Origin: the human T2T-CHM13v2.0 reference genome, Homo sapiens
Direction: 5' to 3' (one strand)
DNA length: 64,000 bases
Assembly (NCBI RefSeq): GCF_009914755.1
Contig: NC_060925.1
Numbering within the stretch: the stretch's first letter is position 1; every line of letters starts with the position of its first letter. A program made the position numbers and the translations under genes. The notes beneath the pieces are model-generated. The model searched no databases. It was not told the origin of the DNA and worked only from the letters and a program-made list of their open reading frames with translations. Shown piece after piece: positions 15,778-26,895 of this stretch.

Positions 15778-18700
15778 CAAAATAACTGCCTTATGAAAGG
15801 CAATTCTATACATATATTGAATTTCTGCTCTCACATTCACCTGGCAAAATTCCAACTGATATTTCAGTACTGAACATTTTTAACAAATAGTACTTTCAGA
15901 CCATTCAAAGTATTTTTGTATTCTAGTTCCAGATGGAGTATTGGTTCAGGTGAGTATATGACTGAATATAATCGGGTGATCATTTATTATTAAATTATAA
16001 GATGCATGTTAGTTTTGGTTTGGAAATCAGAAAAATAGTTTCCATCATTAAATGTCATGGGAAGTCCTGAAATTACTTCATAATTACATAACTATTTCTG
16101 TAAAATTTTGCTTGCATTAAGACTTTATTTACATATATAGATGAATTGAAAGTTTAAAAGCAAAAAATGATTTCCATGACAATTCTTTTCTGCTACTTAA
16201 TATTTAGCTATGAATGAAAATGTTACCATTTACTTTGTATTACAAGTCAGCTTAGTGGTTTTTTTCCAAATTAAGATACTCACCCATACTGAATTACAGT
16301 ACTTCAAAATTTCAAGTTTCAAGAGAGAAACTTTCAATGTTATCATAAAAAAGCTACTAAGCAAGACACTCCTTTTTCTCTCATCTTTTCCTAAATACTA
16401 CCTCTTCTCCTTTCTATAGGACACGTACACTAGCATTATTAGGAAAAATATCATTATATCCTTTACATACCCTTGTCTCTCCTTCTCAAATATCAATTTG
16501 TTTTAGAGGTTTAATAAAATCAAAGTGAACAAAATGAAAAACTGTAATGTTCTATTCTTTCTATCAGGCCACTCTGGAAAATCTTCCCAAATCACATTTT
16601 AGTTTTGCCTTCATATACATTCCTATAACTCACCGGCAGTACCCCATAGGAACCCATTATCAGTTGGCCATTGGTACCAGTCTTCCAAATCTAATTCAAA
16701 TGTTTAAGGTCTTTAAGTATATGGCCACGGTAAACATTCCCATTAATATTAATCTCCTTAGAACCTTTTTCACTTTGTCCTTACACAACAGTCATTCCTT
16801 CCCTTCCAAAGACAAATCTGTCACAAGTTTTAATATTTTGTTTTTTACGGCATGTTCAACAATCATAGGTTTTTTTTTATACTTTTTCAACTAAACCTAG
16901 ACAATCTATGTTAAGTGTTGTCATAACCTAATTTTTTACTTACTAAAAACAAGAGGCAATTTTAAAAGTTAGTGTAATAGTTTCTAATTACCCTTGCAAA
17001 CTTTCTAAACTAAACCTTTAAGAGATCAAATTACCAACATAAACACTCATAAAAAGAAATACACAGCAAACTACTCCAAATGTGACTGAGTATAGAAATG
17101 TGTATGATATCTTAGTGGACATCATAAAAAAGAAATTAAACATTTGGACCTTCTACAGCTGTCCCCCCAAATCCAAAGGAATAAAATTCCTCAGTAATTT
17201 ACCTTACAAACAACATAATCCTTAACATATTATAGTAACACAATTTTAATTTGCTCATTGTAAGGCTACTTACAACAAAAGTGAAAGCAGTACAAGATCA
17301 AGTTTTAAAGTGATTTAATGCATTTATGCAGTGCTACGAAATCTTGCTCAGTTTTCTAATGTGCTTGACTGAATAAAATGTACATATTAGAAAAAAGAAA
17401 AAGAAAAAAAGAATAAATCTGCCATGGCCTGGGGTACAAAAATAATAATAAATTTTTAAAAAGAAAATTTACATATTGGGTCTATTAAATGCAAATATTT
17501 TCACAATTTTTATCCCTATACCTTACCCACTTGCAAGATGAAAACTTCAGGTCTCATTTCAGTCAGCTTTCTAATCTATACTAGGCACTTTTACTGTTTT
17601 GGACCACAAAGTAAAAAACTGCAAGTCTTAGAAAAGCTCTTTCCAGTTCCACCACTAAACTGATGAAGGTCATGGGTTGTCTATTCATGGAGACGCACAA
17701 TGATACCCATTTACAGTTCTCATTATCCTCCAAAAAGAAGGAACTCTCTTTCAAATGTTTGCACTTGGCTTCCTCGTAGGAAGAGCTTAGTTTATGCACA
17801 AACATAAAATAGTTACACTGCTGATCTTGTCATTCAATTTTGCAATCCACTCTTTAGAAATTAATCTAAAAAATGTCACTTCGACTTTAAAAACTGTATT
17901 TATTCCAAAACTCAGTATTTAAAACTTTAGCTCCCATTTAAAACTTTAACTTTCCAATAGATAATGCTTATAAGATTCTTATCTAACGTAGAATAAAGAA
18001 ATGAACTAGTCACAAGTTAAAATTGCAAACATTTTTCAAAGCAAAACAAAAAAATAATTATTAAGGGTTTCCAACTTTTTATAACCACTCACACTTTTCC
18101 TTTGTCGTAACACAACATGCCTTTGTACACTGTATTTGTACATTTATTTTTTGGTGGGTAAAGAATGTGGATTCAGAGCTTTGGTCTTAATTCCTAAATT
18201 CTGTTCATATCCATTTGATCACATATAACAATTTTGACTGCCAATTGTTTTAGTAAGAAAAAAGTTATTTAAAATTCTTAACAACCGATGGAAACTGTGT
18301 GATTTTATGAGTTACCAAAGAAAAGATTTAATACATAAACACAAAGATTAGCCATCTTTTTCCTAGACTGGACATGTAAACAGAAATTCACCACAGTTGT
18401 CTGTTAAGAGTTATTTATTAATTGCTCCACAATAGTTCTAAAGTTCATAACAAACCAAAGTACTGAAATAAGTCTGAACTGAAAGAACAACAAAATCAGA
18501 ACAGTTTTCCAACTAAAGATCCTCTTTACCCTTTTAACAGTTAATATTGGAGTAAATTTTATATTCCCTATTTTCCAAATGTGACTGAGTACGGAATGTG
18601 TATGCTATTTTCCTTCAAAATCTATTCCTTTTCTTCTCCATTCTAAGATATCCCTTAATTCCCTTTACATTCAACCCCTGCCCATTATTCTTCTATTCTC

Positions 18701-21222
18701 TATAAACACGGGAAATACATTTTCCCCTCTGGAGTACAAGCTCCAAATCATTACATTTTTCTCCAGCTATCTATCTACACTTCCAAAGATACTAATTTCA
18801 ACATATAACTTGCTTTACAAGGCTTATCATGCACAGTACATTTCAACCTAGCTAGTCACACACACAGGCTATAATGAAGTATAGTCTGTTATTAAGAACT
18901 CAATATTATTCCTCCTAGGTAAAAAGATGTAGGTTGGTTGTAGGTTTTTTCACTTTTGCCAAAAGCTACTCTGTGCAACTGAAGAACCACAGTAGTTGAC
19001 TGTAATTGTTATAAACACAACTCTGTTAACAGAAAATACTGAACTACTGTCAAGTCTACTACCTATACGGTAGTTATTATCAGATGAGAAGTGCAAAGAA
19101 TTATAAAATCTATTCAACTAATTACTTGACCAGCTTATCATAAACCTCTATGGCTTTTTGTAAACTGCCTTCCATAAATGCTAAGTAGTTAAACTGCAGA
19201 TAAATCAATTCAGAAGCACCTCTAATATTTGATGATTTTCTTAGGTTTTAACTTCCTACTTATCTATACAATAAAATTTCAATATTTAGGATGTCTTCTA
19301 AATTCTTAACCTAGGGTCCATAACTAAGAATTTATTTGAAAGTTGGAGGAGGTCTTGTGAGCATGTAGACTGGCTTGCACATTTTCATTTGTTGATATAT
19401 CTCTGCTAACGTACAGGGGGCGGGGGGCCATCAATTTATATCGGGTGCCCAGAGTCTGTGACCCAAAAAAAATGTTACGCTGGACTTGTATAAGTAAGCC
19501 AAAGATTCATAAAGAATTTAAATATAGTCTATTTAAATTAGTCACACTCAAATACAGTCAAGCATAAGATAACAGAATTCTAAGATGCTGTGTTCATCCT
19601 AATGTTCATTTTAAATGTTACCAAGGATATAAACAAATAACGAGAATACAATATTTTCCCTCACTATCAGTAACTGTTTATCATTTCATGGAGGGTACAA
19701 GCAGATTGGTAAACCACCACAGATCCCTCTTCTTAAATACCAGGAGGGATCCCATAACAAAATATTCATGGAACATTACCATCATAACCTCACGCAACAT
19801 GATGCATGGATCCTATCATAGCACTAACAAAGGAGTCTTGCATCACATTTTAAAAATGAAATCCTATCAGTATGTATCATAGAAAACACAAAGACCATAA
19901 AACTCAGAAAATGATAGTCTTCAGGTATGTTTTACCCTAAAAGTAGAAGTTCAGAAACTATTTTTGGTGAGGGAAGTTCTTCTGCTTAACAAGAGCCTAT
20001 GAATTTGGAAGGTAAAAATTCCATGTGACCTCATGAAGCCATATTGCTCAAACTGTCACCCAGTTCAGGCTTAAATGCTACTAATGGCAAGTAATTACAA
20101 AATGCCAGATGACAGGAATGAATACAAACTTTTGCCTCTCTCATCTGATGAGCATAATACGGAAAACTAAAGTAGAAATATTTGTATCAGTTTGCAACTT
20201 TTTAAAAACATGCTAAAAATTATAGATGTTTTTCCACTGTTCCCATTTTTAAATTACCTCAAAAATACTGACCAGCAATTGCTAAATTATGGTAGTCCTT
20301 ATTCTGAATTTCCAGTAGCACAACAGAAATCCAAAAGCATTGTTTCCTACTTCATACCTTAACTTCTTAAAAGTAAAAAAAAACCTTAATTTTAAAATGA
20401 TCATATTCAGAGACAGACATTCCACAGAAGAAATAAAGGCAGGTGGATGGGTTAAAAAAAAAAATCAATCTGTTAGGGCTAATCTAGAATAGAGAATAAG
20501 TCACCTGTGCAAAGAAATCAAAAATTGGATTTCAATATAGAATCAGAGATTCTGCTTAGCACTCTTGTTCAAGAAAAAGACCAAATCTAGGAAATACACT
20601 TGGGCAAAACAAACAAAAACTGACATTTCCTAATCACAGACTCGCCAGTACAGATAATCTCTACAGAGAAATCCATGCTTATAACTTAATATCTTTATGA
20701 TTTCCTGTAATACTATCATATACTAAAAAGAAAACAAAGCCTCAAAGACCTATTCTACCCTTTAATATATTTATTCCCAATTCCTCAACACTGTAGCCAC
20801 TAAATTTCAAAACACAAATGTCTTATGATCTACTTTTTCCCTTCATACTTATAAGTTTACTAATATATTACATATTTACTAATTTTCAGTTTCTGCATCT
20901 CCATTATTTATAGGTTTAGCTCTTTCCTTCTAATACTTATACTCTCAACATTTTAAAACATTGCTGATTTAATAATACCTTCATCCTAACTAAAATGCTC
21001 AAGACTGTTGTAATCTAAATCATACTGTCACTTTATTACAACTTTTTAAGTAAAAAGTTTTTTTTCCCAAAACTGGTGCCACAGGATATTACAACATTTT
21101 TGAGGCAAAAAAGGATGCACCTAAAACCAGAAGATATTGGAATCTGATTTAAAATAAAGCCTCAATAAATAATTTCTCTGGAGTAATATTAGGATGGCTA
21201 ACCCAATTTCAAGAAAACATTG

Positions 21223-21412
21223 ATTTATATAATATTAAATTTCTATTCTTCCATATTATGCACCTAAAACATATTCAACGTTCATAAAGTATTCAATGTT
21301 CATAAAATGTTGAATGTTTTCATAATGTCATAAAACTGAATATTTTATGAACATTGAATATGTTTTAGGTGCATAGCAATATGGAAGAACAAAAATTTAG
21401 TATTATATAAAT
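21223..21412. repeat. Long inverted repeat, ~73/76-bp arms with 41-bp spacer
   Basis: 21223-21295 is the reverse complement of 21337-21412 with ~5 substitutions and one 3-bp indel. Confidence 0.92.
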
Positions 21413-21420
21413 TTGAATCC

Positions 21421-21718
21421 TTTTTTTTTTTTTTGAAACGGAGTCTTGCTCTGTCGCCCAGGCTGGAGTGCAGTGGCACAATCTTGGCTCACTGCAACCT
21501 CCCCACCTTCTGGGTTCAAGCAATTATCCTGCCTCAGCCTCCTGAGTAGCTGGGACTACAGGCACACGCCGCCCCACCCAGCTGATTTTTTGTATTTTAG
21601 TAGAGACGGGGTTTCACTGTGTTACCCAGACTGGTCTCGAGCTCCTGAGCTCAGGCAATCCACCCGCCTTGGCCTCCCGAAGTGCTAGGATTACAGGCGT
21701 GAGCCACCACTCCCGGCC
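21421..21718 (-). mobile_element. AluS (Sc-like)
   Basis: Dimer; the only Alu between 14.8 and 30.6 kb. Confidence 0.94.
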
Positions 21719-21916
21719 TTGAGTCCATTTTCAACTAAAATAAACCTAGAAACACAAAATACCTAAGTTAAAAAAATACAATTAAAATACAAGCCTCTAA
21801 ACTGCAGGTTATACCACGGATGTGAATATTTTAGAAAATGTTAATAGAAAATTCTGAAAAACGTTACTGGATATTAAGTAATATCTCCTTTCTTCAATCT
21901 TGTGATTAACAGGACT

Positions 21917-21922
21917 TTTATT
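21917..21922 (-). terminator. Distal polyadenylation signal AATAAA
   Basis: tttatt on plus strand; upstream UGUA motifs (taca near 21953 and 21973) and U-rich downstream sequence on the minus strand. Confidence 0.7.
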
Positions 21923-22909
21923 GGTAGTAAACTAGAGCAAACAATCAGAATAATACATATGCAGTATTCAGTACACACAATAAAAGTTAAAGAAATTCAA
22001 AACCTGTATAAAACAAACTGGAGAAAAATCATACAGCTTAAGAGATACAGTGGTAAAGGTCCTCTCCATCCTTTGATTACAGCTTGTACTCTGTACTCAA
22101 TAGAACTTACCGCACTTACTGAAATAAGAAATAAACACTTTTTAGTACTCAGCGTATTTAAGATTAAGTACATTTTCTAAGAATCTTGCAATGACAAGTT
22201 GGTGACCCTTTAGCTGCTAAAGCTAAAGGGAGGAAAGTGGGAAAAGGAAATTAACTAATACTTTGTAACCATTTTTAATATTTCTTATTTTCCAAACACT
22301 GCTTTTATAACAGAAGTGTTTTACACTTGCACAATATTAATTACTTTATTATACATGGAAGCCTGCGGTAGGCTGATTACACAATAAGACTGCAAACAAC
22401 CAGTGGTACTTTTCTGACGTCAGAAGAGTACATAAGACTGAAACATCACCAAAAGTACATAAAAAACTCATCAGCATAAACATCAAAGTACATTAAAAAA
22501 TATAATCAGGAAAAAAATACAATTGCTAAAAAGCAGTTTTAGAGTAGAGCCACTGCCAATCAGTAGCTTCAAATGGCAATTAGAGTTCATAGCAAGTTTT
22601 GATGACTTTACAAGACCCCTGTACAATACTAATGCACCCTTTCATTAAAATGTACATTAAAGGCCGCAATTTCACAAAGAGGTTCTGATGTTATTACTAT
22701 AAGCAGACACATTCTTATCCCTCACAGGAGTTATGTCACCAGTTGGAATTACAACCTTATTAATATCTATCCAAGAACACGGGGTTTTATTACATATGGA
22801 AATCTGTATGGGTTTTTTTTTTTTTTAAAGGTGGGTTTTGGGGATGTTTACCCTATTGTTTTTTATTTGGATGCCCTAAGGCATATAAAGCGCATAGTGA
22901 ATTACCTAC

Positions 22910-22917
22910 TGGAATGT
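22910..22917 (-). promoter_or_regulatory. miR-1/206 8mer seed site (ACATTCCA); a second 7mer-A1 at 23307-23313
   Basis: tggaatgt on plus strand. Confidence 0.6.
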
Positions 22918-23245
22918 AAATGGTTCTAAAATTAAAACTGTTAAAATAGAAAGAGGGAAAAGGAAGGCCCAAGAACTCTTAAAGAGAGGCTGAGAACAAG
23001 AACAAAAAAACCCAGAAGTGTAGGTAATACGTAACAGCGCAGACAGAACCGTTGTAGGCCATGTATAATAAATAATGCATGCCCCAAATTTCAGTTAATC
23101 ATATAATTTCAACTTGAGTTCTAATACTGGAACCAGCCAACCACTTGGGCTTCAACACTGTACTAGATGTCAGTAGAATCGCTTGATGGAATTACAGCCT
23201 TGTTACAGTTGAGATCAAGAGAGGGTGCTTTTTTTTTTTCCTTCT

Positions 23246-23251
23246 TTTATT
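23246..23251 (-). terminator. Proximal polyadenylation signal AATAAA
   Basis: tttatt on plus strand; followed on the mRNA strand by a genomic A-run (~23228-23239). Confidence 0.6.
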
Positions 23252-23388
23252 AAAGCTATCATTCCAGGCTTTGATCAAAGATCCAAGAATATTTGTTCTA
23301 CCAGGCTGGAATGAATGTGGTTTGGAAGTTCAGAGTACATTTAAAAGCTGCAACAAAATATAGGTAGCCAACAATCTCAGAATTTTGG

Positions 23389-23514
23389 ATCAGCCCAGAT
23401 GGAGATAGCAATTTGAAATGTCTTCGATCCCTTACTTAAATGACGAAATGTCTATCAGCCCAGATAGAGCAATTTGAAATGTTTTCGATCCCTTACTTAA
23501 ATGATGAAATGTAT
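23389..23514. repeat. Tandem duplication (65 bp + 61 bp) in the ZNF281 3'UTR
   Basis: atcagcccagat...agcaatttgaaatgtYttcgatcccttacttaaatgaYgaaatgt occurs twice (starts 23389 and 23454). Confidence 0.95.
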
Positions 23515-23901
23515 ATCATACTATCTGTAAATTGGATATTCCATTACAGTGATAACGTACAGAATTCCCATGCGTTATTACACTTTCCTGAGAGTAAAGC
23601 AATTAGAATAACCTTAATCCTAGCAACAAAGTTTTTTTTGTAGGTTTTTTTTTTTTGGTTTTTTTTTGTCTTTTTTTTTGCGTTTAAAACATTTGGGCTA
23701 TTCCCTGACGATCTATACATGTAAATTTGATTGCTAAACATTGTCACTTTGAATGTCAAACTATTTTTAATCTATTGATTTTGATTAAAAATCATAATAC
23801 AAACAGAGCTAAAATCACGCTAACAAAATAAACTAAATATGAAAAGTTGCATTGAAAGGGCATCACATTATTCTTAATAGGATCGTGTAGAAACATTCCA
23901 A

Positions 23902-23909
23902 TGGCAGTG
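23902..23909 (-). promoter_or_regulatory. miR-34/449 8mer seed site (CACTGCCA)
   Basis: tggcagtg on plus strand, ~60 nt after the stop; ZNF281 is an established miR-34a target. Confidence 0.8.
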
Positions 23910-23967
23910 TTCTCAAAATAAAACAAAATTACATTAGAAGACCTCCAGCCTGGCCACTTTTGGGACC

Positions 23968-26655
23968 TTACCTGTAACTCTGGCTGGTGGGTGTCTTTAC
24001 TCTTGTACTACATGGCTCACTTACATCAGACATCATATTTGTATACCCTGAGAAATCTGACACTGAAGTCCTTACTCTATGGTCCACTTCTCCATTAGAG
24101 TTAGTGATAAAGGTCATTGGCACCCTGCTGCCCGACTTAAACTGAGAACCAAACGCTTGTGCAAAGTTCTCAATCTGATACGTTGTTCTAGGCTCTATGT
24201 CTTTCTGAGGATCTATCTGGCTAGCTAACTCCTGAGATGGAATCTGAAAGCCTGTTGAAGACTCTAAGTTTTTCTGTTCCTTCTGGCTAGTCAATTTCTG
24301 AGATGAGGACTGGAAGGCTGATGAAGTCTCTAAGTTCTTCTGAGAATCTATCAGATCATCCAGCTCCTGGGAAGGTGTCAACTGCTGATGTGTAGCATCC
24401 AAAGCAGACAAATAAAGACCTGGCTGAGATCCAAACAACATCCCAAAAGGAGGCTTTGGCAATGAAGATGGCAACACTGAGGTAACAGATTGGCCGAAAC
24501 CACACTCCAAAGGAGACGTAGTGTATATTTGTTTTTCTGGAAACAAAGTGTGGTTGTGGAGAGGTGAAGACAAACTGACAAATTGGAAACCGTGTCCAAG
24601 AGTAAAACTTGCATTAGTGGATTTTTCAAAAGCCTGTTGGAGGTATTTGGAGTATTCTTGCAACATACTTGCTTTATCATTTGAAGGTGTTTGGGTGCCT
24701 GGGCTCAAATTTTCTTCTTGAACCAATTCTGAGTGTTCTCCTGAGGTGTGTAAATCCACTCGTGGTTCTGCAATATTGAAAGGATCCTCTTTCTGGCTTT
24801 CTGATTTGTTGGAGTATTGATCCAAAATACTTTGTAAAACCTCATCAGGAATTCCAGACTTGTCATGACAAGATTTAATTTCAGCATTTAGAGCTGAGGA
24901 GTCAATAAGTGACAATGGTGCCTCATTGTCCAAAACACTGACACCTGCAGACTGAATGACAGACTGTTGGGAGACCATGTGTCCTACGTTTATAGAAAAG
25001 GCACTGTTGCTGCTGGCAGTTGGTAAATATCTTCTTTTCTTTGAAAACTGCATGGCATCATCATAATTACTACTTATCTGACCTTGTTTGCCACTTGTAC
25101 TTTGGAGAAGACCAATGGTCTCCACACTATTATTTGATACTATGCCAAGTGAGCCACTTGGTTTTCCAGACAAGGATTTCTGTCCTACTATGTCTGGTAA
25201 TGGTGACACAAAGTTAAGGTAGTTTTTATCTGTATTCTTTCTGCTTCCTTTCTTAAAGATCAATTTTGGCACCCTCTTCTGCAGTTCATCTATTCCAGTG
25301 CCAATTATGCCTCCACTGGAAGACACGGTAGGCATTTCTACTGAGTAACTCTGCATGTTTATATTATTTGAAATTTGCGATTCATTTGTTTTACCGGTCT
25401 TCTGTTCCTTATTTTCAATAGCTATGCTTTTTGACTTTGTTTTTCTCCTTGAAGAACTTGTATTTCCCTGAGACAACACAGCCAGATTACCCATATTGGT
25501 ATGGTTTGATGACCCAGGTTCTGCACTAGTGGCTCCTTTAACTATGACTTCACCACATGTGCGCCTGTGCTTCAACAATCTATCAGTCCTTGAAAAATAC
25601 TGTTGGCAAGTGTCACACTTATATGGCTTTTCTCCACTATGTGTCCTCTTGTGTCTCTCCATATGGTACTTCTGAATAAACTTCATGCTGCACTGATCAC
25701 ATCCAAATGGCTTCTCTCTACTATGAATTTTCTCATGTCTCTGTAGTAGGTATTTCTGAATGAAACCCATACTACACTGGCTGCACTGGAAAGGTCTTTC
25801 TCCTGTATGAATGAGGACATGTCTCCGCAGGTGATAGGAGCTTCGGAAAGCAGCACTACAGTGATCACAGATATGAGGTTTCTGACTTGGGGAGAGGATG
25901 GCACCTTCTCCATCTCCAACCAAAGAAGGTTTGGAAGATGCACTTGGCTTCCTCTTGGCTTTGATTCCCTGAGATTCTGGCTTTGGCCTTTTTGCCTTTT
26001 TGACATTAGTGTCCTGCTTTGGCTCCTCAGTGCCATGGTGGTCATCAGTCCTGCTACTGCTGCTGAGTAATACGTCACGGTGGTGCTGGGCTGGTTGCTG
26101 CTGGACATGCTGGTGGAGAATACTGAGGTCCTGGATGACGCCGTGACTCCCCCCTTCACCGCCTCCTAGGCCTGGAGACCTCTCTTCAGCTCCAGCGAAC
26201 AGCCCCCCATAGTGGTGGTGGTGATGGTGGTGGTGGGACTGCTGCTCCTCAGGATCCGCGGGTTTCTCCTGTTTGATGCTAACCAAAGACTGCAAGAACC
26301 CCCAGGAGGTCCTCTGCGAGGGGAAGGCCGCGGCTGACGCCGCCGGCTCCTTCTTGAAAGTCATGTCCGGGGCTGGCGGAGGGGGGGGCTCAGCGGCCGG
26401 GGCTGCGGAGGTAGAGGAGGATAACACGCATTGCGGGGGAGGGGCGGCCGACCCCGCCGGCCGGGTGAAGCTGGTGACCGGGGGAAGACGGTGGTTGAAC
26501 ATAACCATACCCTGGGGAAAGGTGGGTTCCATCTCTGCCCTCCTGCCGCTGCTGCCGCCGCCGCCGCCGCCGCCACTACCACCGCCGCCGGAGCCGCTAC
26601 CACCGCTACTGCCGGTACCTCCGCCGCCACTCAGGAACCCACTGCCGATTTTCAT
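23968..26655 (-). CDS. ZNF281: Zinc finger protein 281 (ZBP-99), 895 aa, intronless CDS
   Basis: Only long ORF in the window. First ATG (cat at 26653-26655) gives [13 protein letters not shown]...; Gly-rich N-terminus, His8 tract, four Kruppel fingers (TGERP/SREKP/SGEKP linkers), ends ...[12 protein letters not shown]. The ORF track's 47 extra codons start at a GTG inside intron 1. Confidence 0.98.
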   Translation of the reverse strand: MKIGSGFLSGGGGTGSSGGSGSGGGGSGGGGGGGSSGRRAEMEPTFPQGMVMFNHRLPPVTSFTRPAGSAAPPPQCVLSSSTSAAPAAEPPPPPAPDMTFKKEPAASAAAFPSQRTSWGFLQSLVSIKQEKPADPEEQQSHHHHHHHHYGGLFAGAEERSPGLGGGEGGSHGVIQDLSILHQHVQQQPAQHHRDVLLSSSSRTDDHHGTEEPKQDTNVKKAKRPKPESQGIKAKRKPSASSKPSLVGDGEGAILSPSQKPHICDHCSAAFRSSYHLRRHVLIHTGERPFQCSQCSMGFIQKYLLQRHEKIHSREKPFGCDQCSMKFIQKYHMERHKRTHSGEKPYKCDTCQQYFSRTDRLLKHRRTCGEVIVKGATSAEPGSSNHTNMGNLAVLSQGNTSSSRRKTKSKSIAIENKEQKTGKTNESQISNNINMQSYSVEMPTVSSSGGIIGTGIDELQKRVPKLIFKKGSRKNTDKNYLNFVSPLPDIVGQKSLSGKPSGSLGIVSNNSVETIGLLQSTSGKQGQISSNYDDAMQFSKKRRYLPTASSNSAFSINVGHMVSQQSVIQSAGVSVLDNEAPLSLIDSSALNAEIKSCHDKSGIPDEVLQSILDQYSNKSESQKEDPFNIAEPRVDLHTSGEHSELVQEENLSPGTQTPSNDKASMLQEYSKYLQQAFEKSTNASFTLGHGFQFVSLSSPLHNHTLFPEKQIYTTSPLECGFGQSVTSVLPSSLPKPPFGMLFGSQPGLYLSALDATHQQLTPSQELDDLIDSQKNLETSSAFQSSSQKLTSQKEQKNLESSTGFQIPSQELASQIDPQKDIEPRTTYQIENFAQAFGSQFKSGSRVPMTFITNSNGEVDHRVRTSVSDFSGYTNMMSDVSEPCSTRVKTPTSQSYR
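25555..25875 (-). other. ZNF281: Four tandem zinc fingers (aa ~261-367); the fourth is atypical C2HC
   Basis: CDHC..H..H, CSQC..H..H, CDQC..H..H, CDTC...HRRTC in the translation. Confidence 0.95.
26212..26235 (-). repeat. (CAC/CAT)8 poly-His coding repeat
   Basis: HHHHHHHH in the translation. Confidence 0.95.
26554..26574 (-). repeat. (GGC)7 poly-Gly coding repeat
   Basis: (gcc)7 on plus strand within the Gly/Ser N-terminus. Confidence 0.9.
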
Positions 26656-26673
26656 ACCCCGGAGGAGGCCTGG

Positions 26674-26895
26674 CTGAAGAAAGGAGGAGGAAGAGGGAAG
26701 AGGGAGGAAAGGAGGTGGAACCGGGCCCCGGGCCGGGACCACCGCAGCGCTAAGGACCCCGCCGCGCCGCCGCCCAGACCGCAACGCGCCCAGCACTAAT
26801 TCCCAGCCCAGTCGCCTCCGGCACCGGCACGCATGGTCCTGCGACTCTTCCCCAGGCCTCGCCCTCTCCCTCCTGGACCCACCGGCAATACTTAC
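26674..26895 (-). other. ZNF281: ZNF281 intron 1 (222 bp)
   Basis: GTAAGT donor; long polypyrimidine tract (plus-strand GA-rich 26677-26715) ending TTCTTCAG, 18 nt before the ATG. Confidence 0.85.

Larger units (their letters stand above)
21895..23967 (-). other. ZNF281: ZNF281 3'UTR (short form to ~23230, long form to ~21895)
   Basis: TE-free AT-rich sequence after the stop codon, two AATAAA signals, many miRNA seed matches, and a UUAUUUAUU ARE (23067-23075). Confidence 0.8.

Noticed and set aside
17521-17805. 74-aa minus-strand ORF and nearby TGG|GTAAGG donor as a possible lncRNA exon
   Set aside because: No convincing acceptor or promoter visible and the ORF has no domain; cannot be supported from sequence alone.
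15646-23514. Repeat units that might resemble a CRISPR array or prokaryotic terminator
   Set aside because: Only two copies each, no unique spacers, no cas-like ORFs, and the DNA is clearly primate.
25683-26159. 158-aa alternative-frame ORF inside ZNF281
   Set aside because: No recognisable domain and far downstream of several AUGs; no support from sequence alone.
26656-26796. 942-aa version of the main ORF starting at GTG 26796
   Set aside because: The GTG lies in intron 1 and the extra residues translate the polypyrimidine tract; the recognised protein begins MKIG at 26655.
26796-26834. 12-codon ATG uORF ([12 protein letters not shown]) upstream of the CDS
   Set aside because: Lies within intron 1, so it matters only if the intron is retained.
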